NCBI RefSeq assembly: GCF_000223395.1
Contig: NC_015931.1
Span: 1,320,001-1,352,000 of the forward strand
Direction of reading: 5' to 3'
Length of the DNA stretch: 32,000 nt
Origin: Pyrolobus fumarii 1A
GTDB lineage: Archaea; Thermoproteota; Thermoprotei_A; Sulfolobales; Pyrodictiaceae
The notes under the pieces are model-generated. The model did not search any database and was not told the origin of the DNA. It saw nothing but the letters and a program-made list of their open reading frames with translations. Below, in pieces: positions 31,013 to 32,000 of the stretch (positions are counted from its first letter, which is position 1; each line of letters starts with the position of its first letter). The translations under genes were made by a program, and so were the position numbers.

Positions 31013-32000
31013 ATGACCAGGCTATCTGAGATTCTCGGGTTCTCGAAGCGCGACCTAGAGGAGTATGCTAGGAGGCGCGGAGAACCTGAGTGGCTCGTAA
31101 GGAGGCGGCTTGAGGCGTACGACGCTCTGGAGAGGTTGCCGCCAGACCCGCTGATAGACGAGTATGTAAAGCAGCTCGACCTCGACGCTATCTTCGGATT
31201 CGGTGGTGGGCCGGATATCGAGGTGCCAAAGGAGTACTGGGACCTGGCTATTAAGAGGCTCGGCATTAAACCCGAGGAGCTTGAGGCTCTGACAGGCCTC
31301 GCTGTGACTATTGACAATCGTGTGGTTGAAGCACAGCTTCGCGCACTCCAGGAGAAGGGCGTTATACTAGAGCCGATGGACGAGGCTGTGAAGAAGTACG
31401 ACTGGCTGAAGGACTACATGCTCCGCATAATGCGCCCTGATAACAGGCACGCAGCATACCATATAATGCTGTGGGCGGGCGGCGTCTTCGTCTACGTACC
31501 GAAGGGTGTGAAGATAGAGTCTCCGCTCTACGGTGTCTTCCTGATAAGCGGCGAGGGCTTCAAGCAGACCGAGCATACGCTGATCATAGTCGAGGATGGT
31601 GCAAGTCTCACCTGGGTCGAGGGGTGCACGGCGCCCGTCCGTGCGAAGTTCAGCGTGCATCTAGGTGGCCTGGAGGCGCACGTAGGGCGCAATGCCAGGC
31701 TTAGCCTCTATAGCGTCCAGAACTGGGCAGGGCCGGTACACCACCGGCCCGTCAAGAGGCTCAGAGTGCTGGAGGGCGGAAAGCTAGAAGCCACGCCGAT
31801 ATCCTTTGGCGGCGCAAGCATAGTCGTTGACGAGACTGCGACCCTCCTTGGACGCGGAGCCTCCGCAAAGATACAGGGTGTTGGACTACTACGCGGCGAG
31901 ACCTGGGCCGAGACAAGACTCACTATTATCCACGATGCACCGGATACCCGGAGCGAGCTGCTATCCAGAGTTGTCGTGAAGGACCGAGCACGAGACCGGT
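31013..32000 (+). CDS. sufB: Fe-S cluster assembly scaffold SufB (3'-truncated by the window edge)
   Basis: This ORF is not in the track because no stop falls within the window. I translated it by hand from ATG 31013 and it stays open to 32000. It contains GGVFVYVPKGVKIESPL, TEHTLIIVEDGASLTWVEGCTAP and SVQNW, which are typical of SufB. Confidence 0.85.
   Translation, partial: MTRLSEILGFSKRDLEEYARRRGEPEWLVRRRLEAYDALERLPPDPLIDEYVKQLDLDAIFGFGGGPDIEVPKEYWDLAIKRLGIKPEELEALTGLAVTIDNRVVEAQLRALQEKGVILEPMDEAVKKYDWLKDYMLRIMRPDNRHAAYHIMLWAGGVFVYVPKGVKIESPLYGVFLISGEGFKQTEHTLIIVEDGASLTWVEGCTAPVRAKFSVHLGGLEAHVGRNARLSLYSVQNWAGPVHHRPVKRLRVLEGGKLEATPISFGGASIVVDETATLLGRGASAKIQGVGLLRGETWAETRLTIIHDAPDTRSELLSRVVVKDRARDR

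Noticed and set aside
31367-31923. Minus-strand and alternative-frame ORFs (31367..31660, 31471..31704, 31708..31923, 30997..31317) at the right end of the window.
   Set aside because: All lie within the hand-translated sufB reading frame, which has strong family motifs. They are GC-driven shadow ORFs.
1-32000. CRISPR arrays, rRNA, tRNA, IS elements, integrases and prophage genes.
   Set aside because: No regularly spaced direct repeats, transposase or integrase motifs, or rRNA/tRNA signatures were seen on either strand in any intergenic region or ORF translation.

Overview
This is a GC-rich, gene-dense chromosomal segment that looks crenarchaeal (Desulfurococcales/Pyrodictiaceae-like; the taxon is inference). 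Archaeal hallmarks are ribosomal protein S8e, TTTAWA-type TATA boxes about 25-35 nt upstream of (near-)leaderless starts, GGTGA-type Shine-Dalgarno sites inside operons, a class III (type IV pilin-like) signal peptide and C/D box sRNAs. Recognisable housekeeping genes are rps8e, a DUF84/YjjX-type NTPase, glmM-like phosphohexomutase, speE, a Trm112-like protein, tatA and tatC, a fused 3-hydroxyacyl-CoA dehydrogenase/enoyl-CoA hydratase, pncA-like nicotinamidase, a thioredoxin-CcdA fusion, a PAPS-reductase-family/ferredoxin fusion, an ABC-2 exporter (ATPase plus 2 permeases), Roadblock/LC7, a wHTH-CBS regulator, a MoaE-like protein and sufC/sufB. The most unusual content is as follows. (1) An orphan 1,497-aa AAA+/P-loop NTPase with a roughly 1,000-aa helical/coiled-coil body and a C-terminal winged helix, followed closely by a small membrane protein (12508-17363). 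(2) A roughly 1,257-aa pilin-signal surface glycoprotein with three DUF2341-like modules (23983-27756). (3) Several C/D box sRNAs that an ORF track cannot show, one of which (28658-28708) has both guides matching neighbouring conserved 16S rRNA segments. (4) Two long ORF-free, structure-rich intergenic regions (3775-4178 and 27781-28219). I found no CRISPR array, tRNA, rRNA or transposase. Most antisense ORFs in the track look like artefacts of GC-rich coding sequence.
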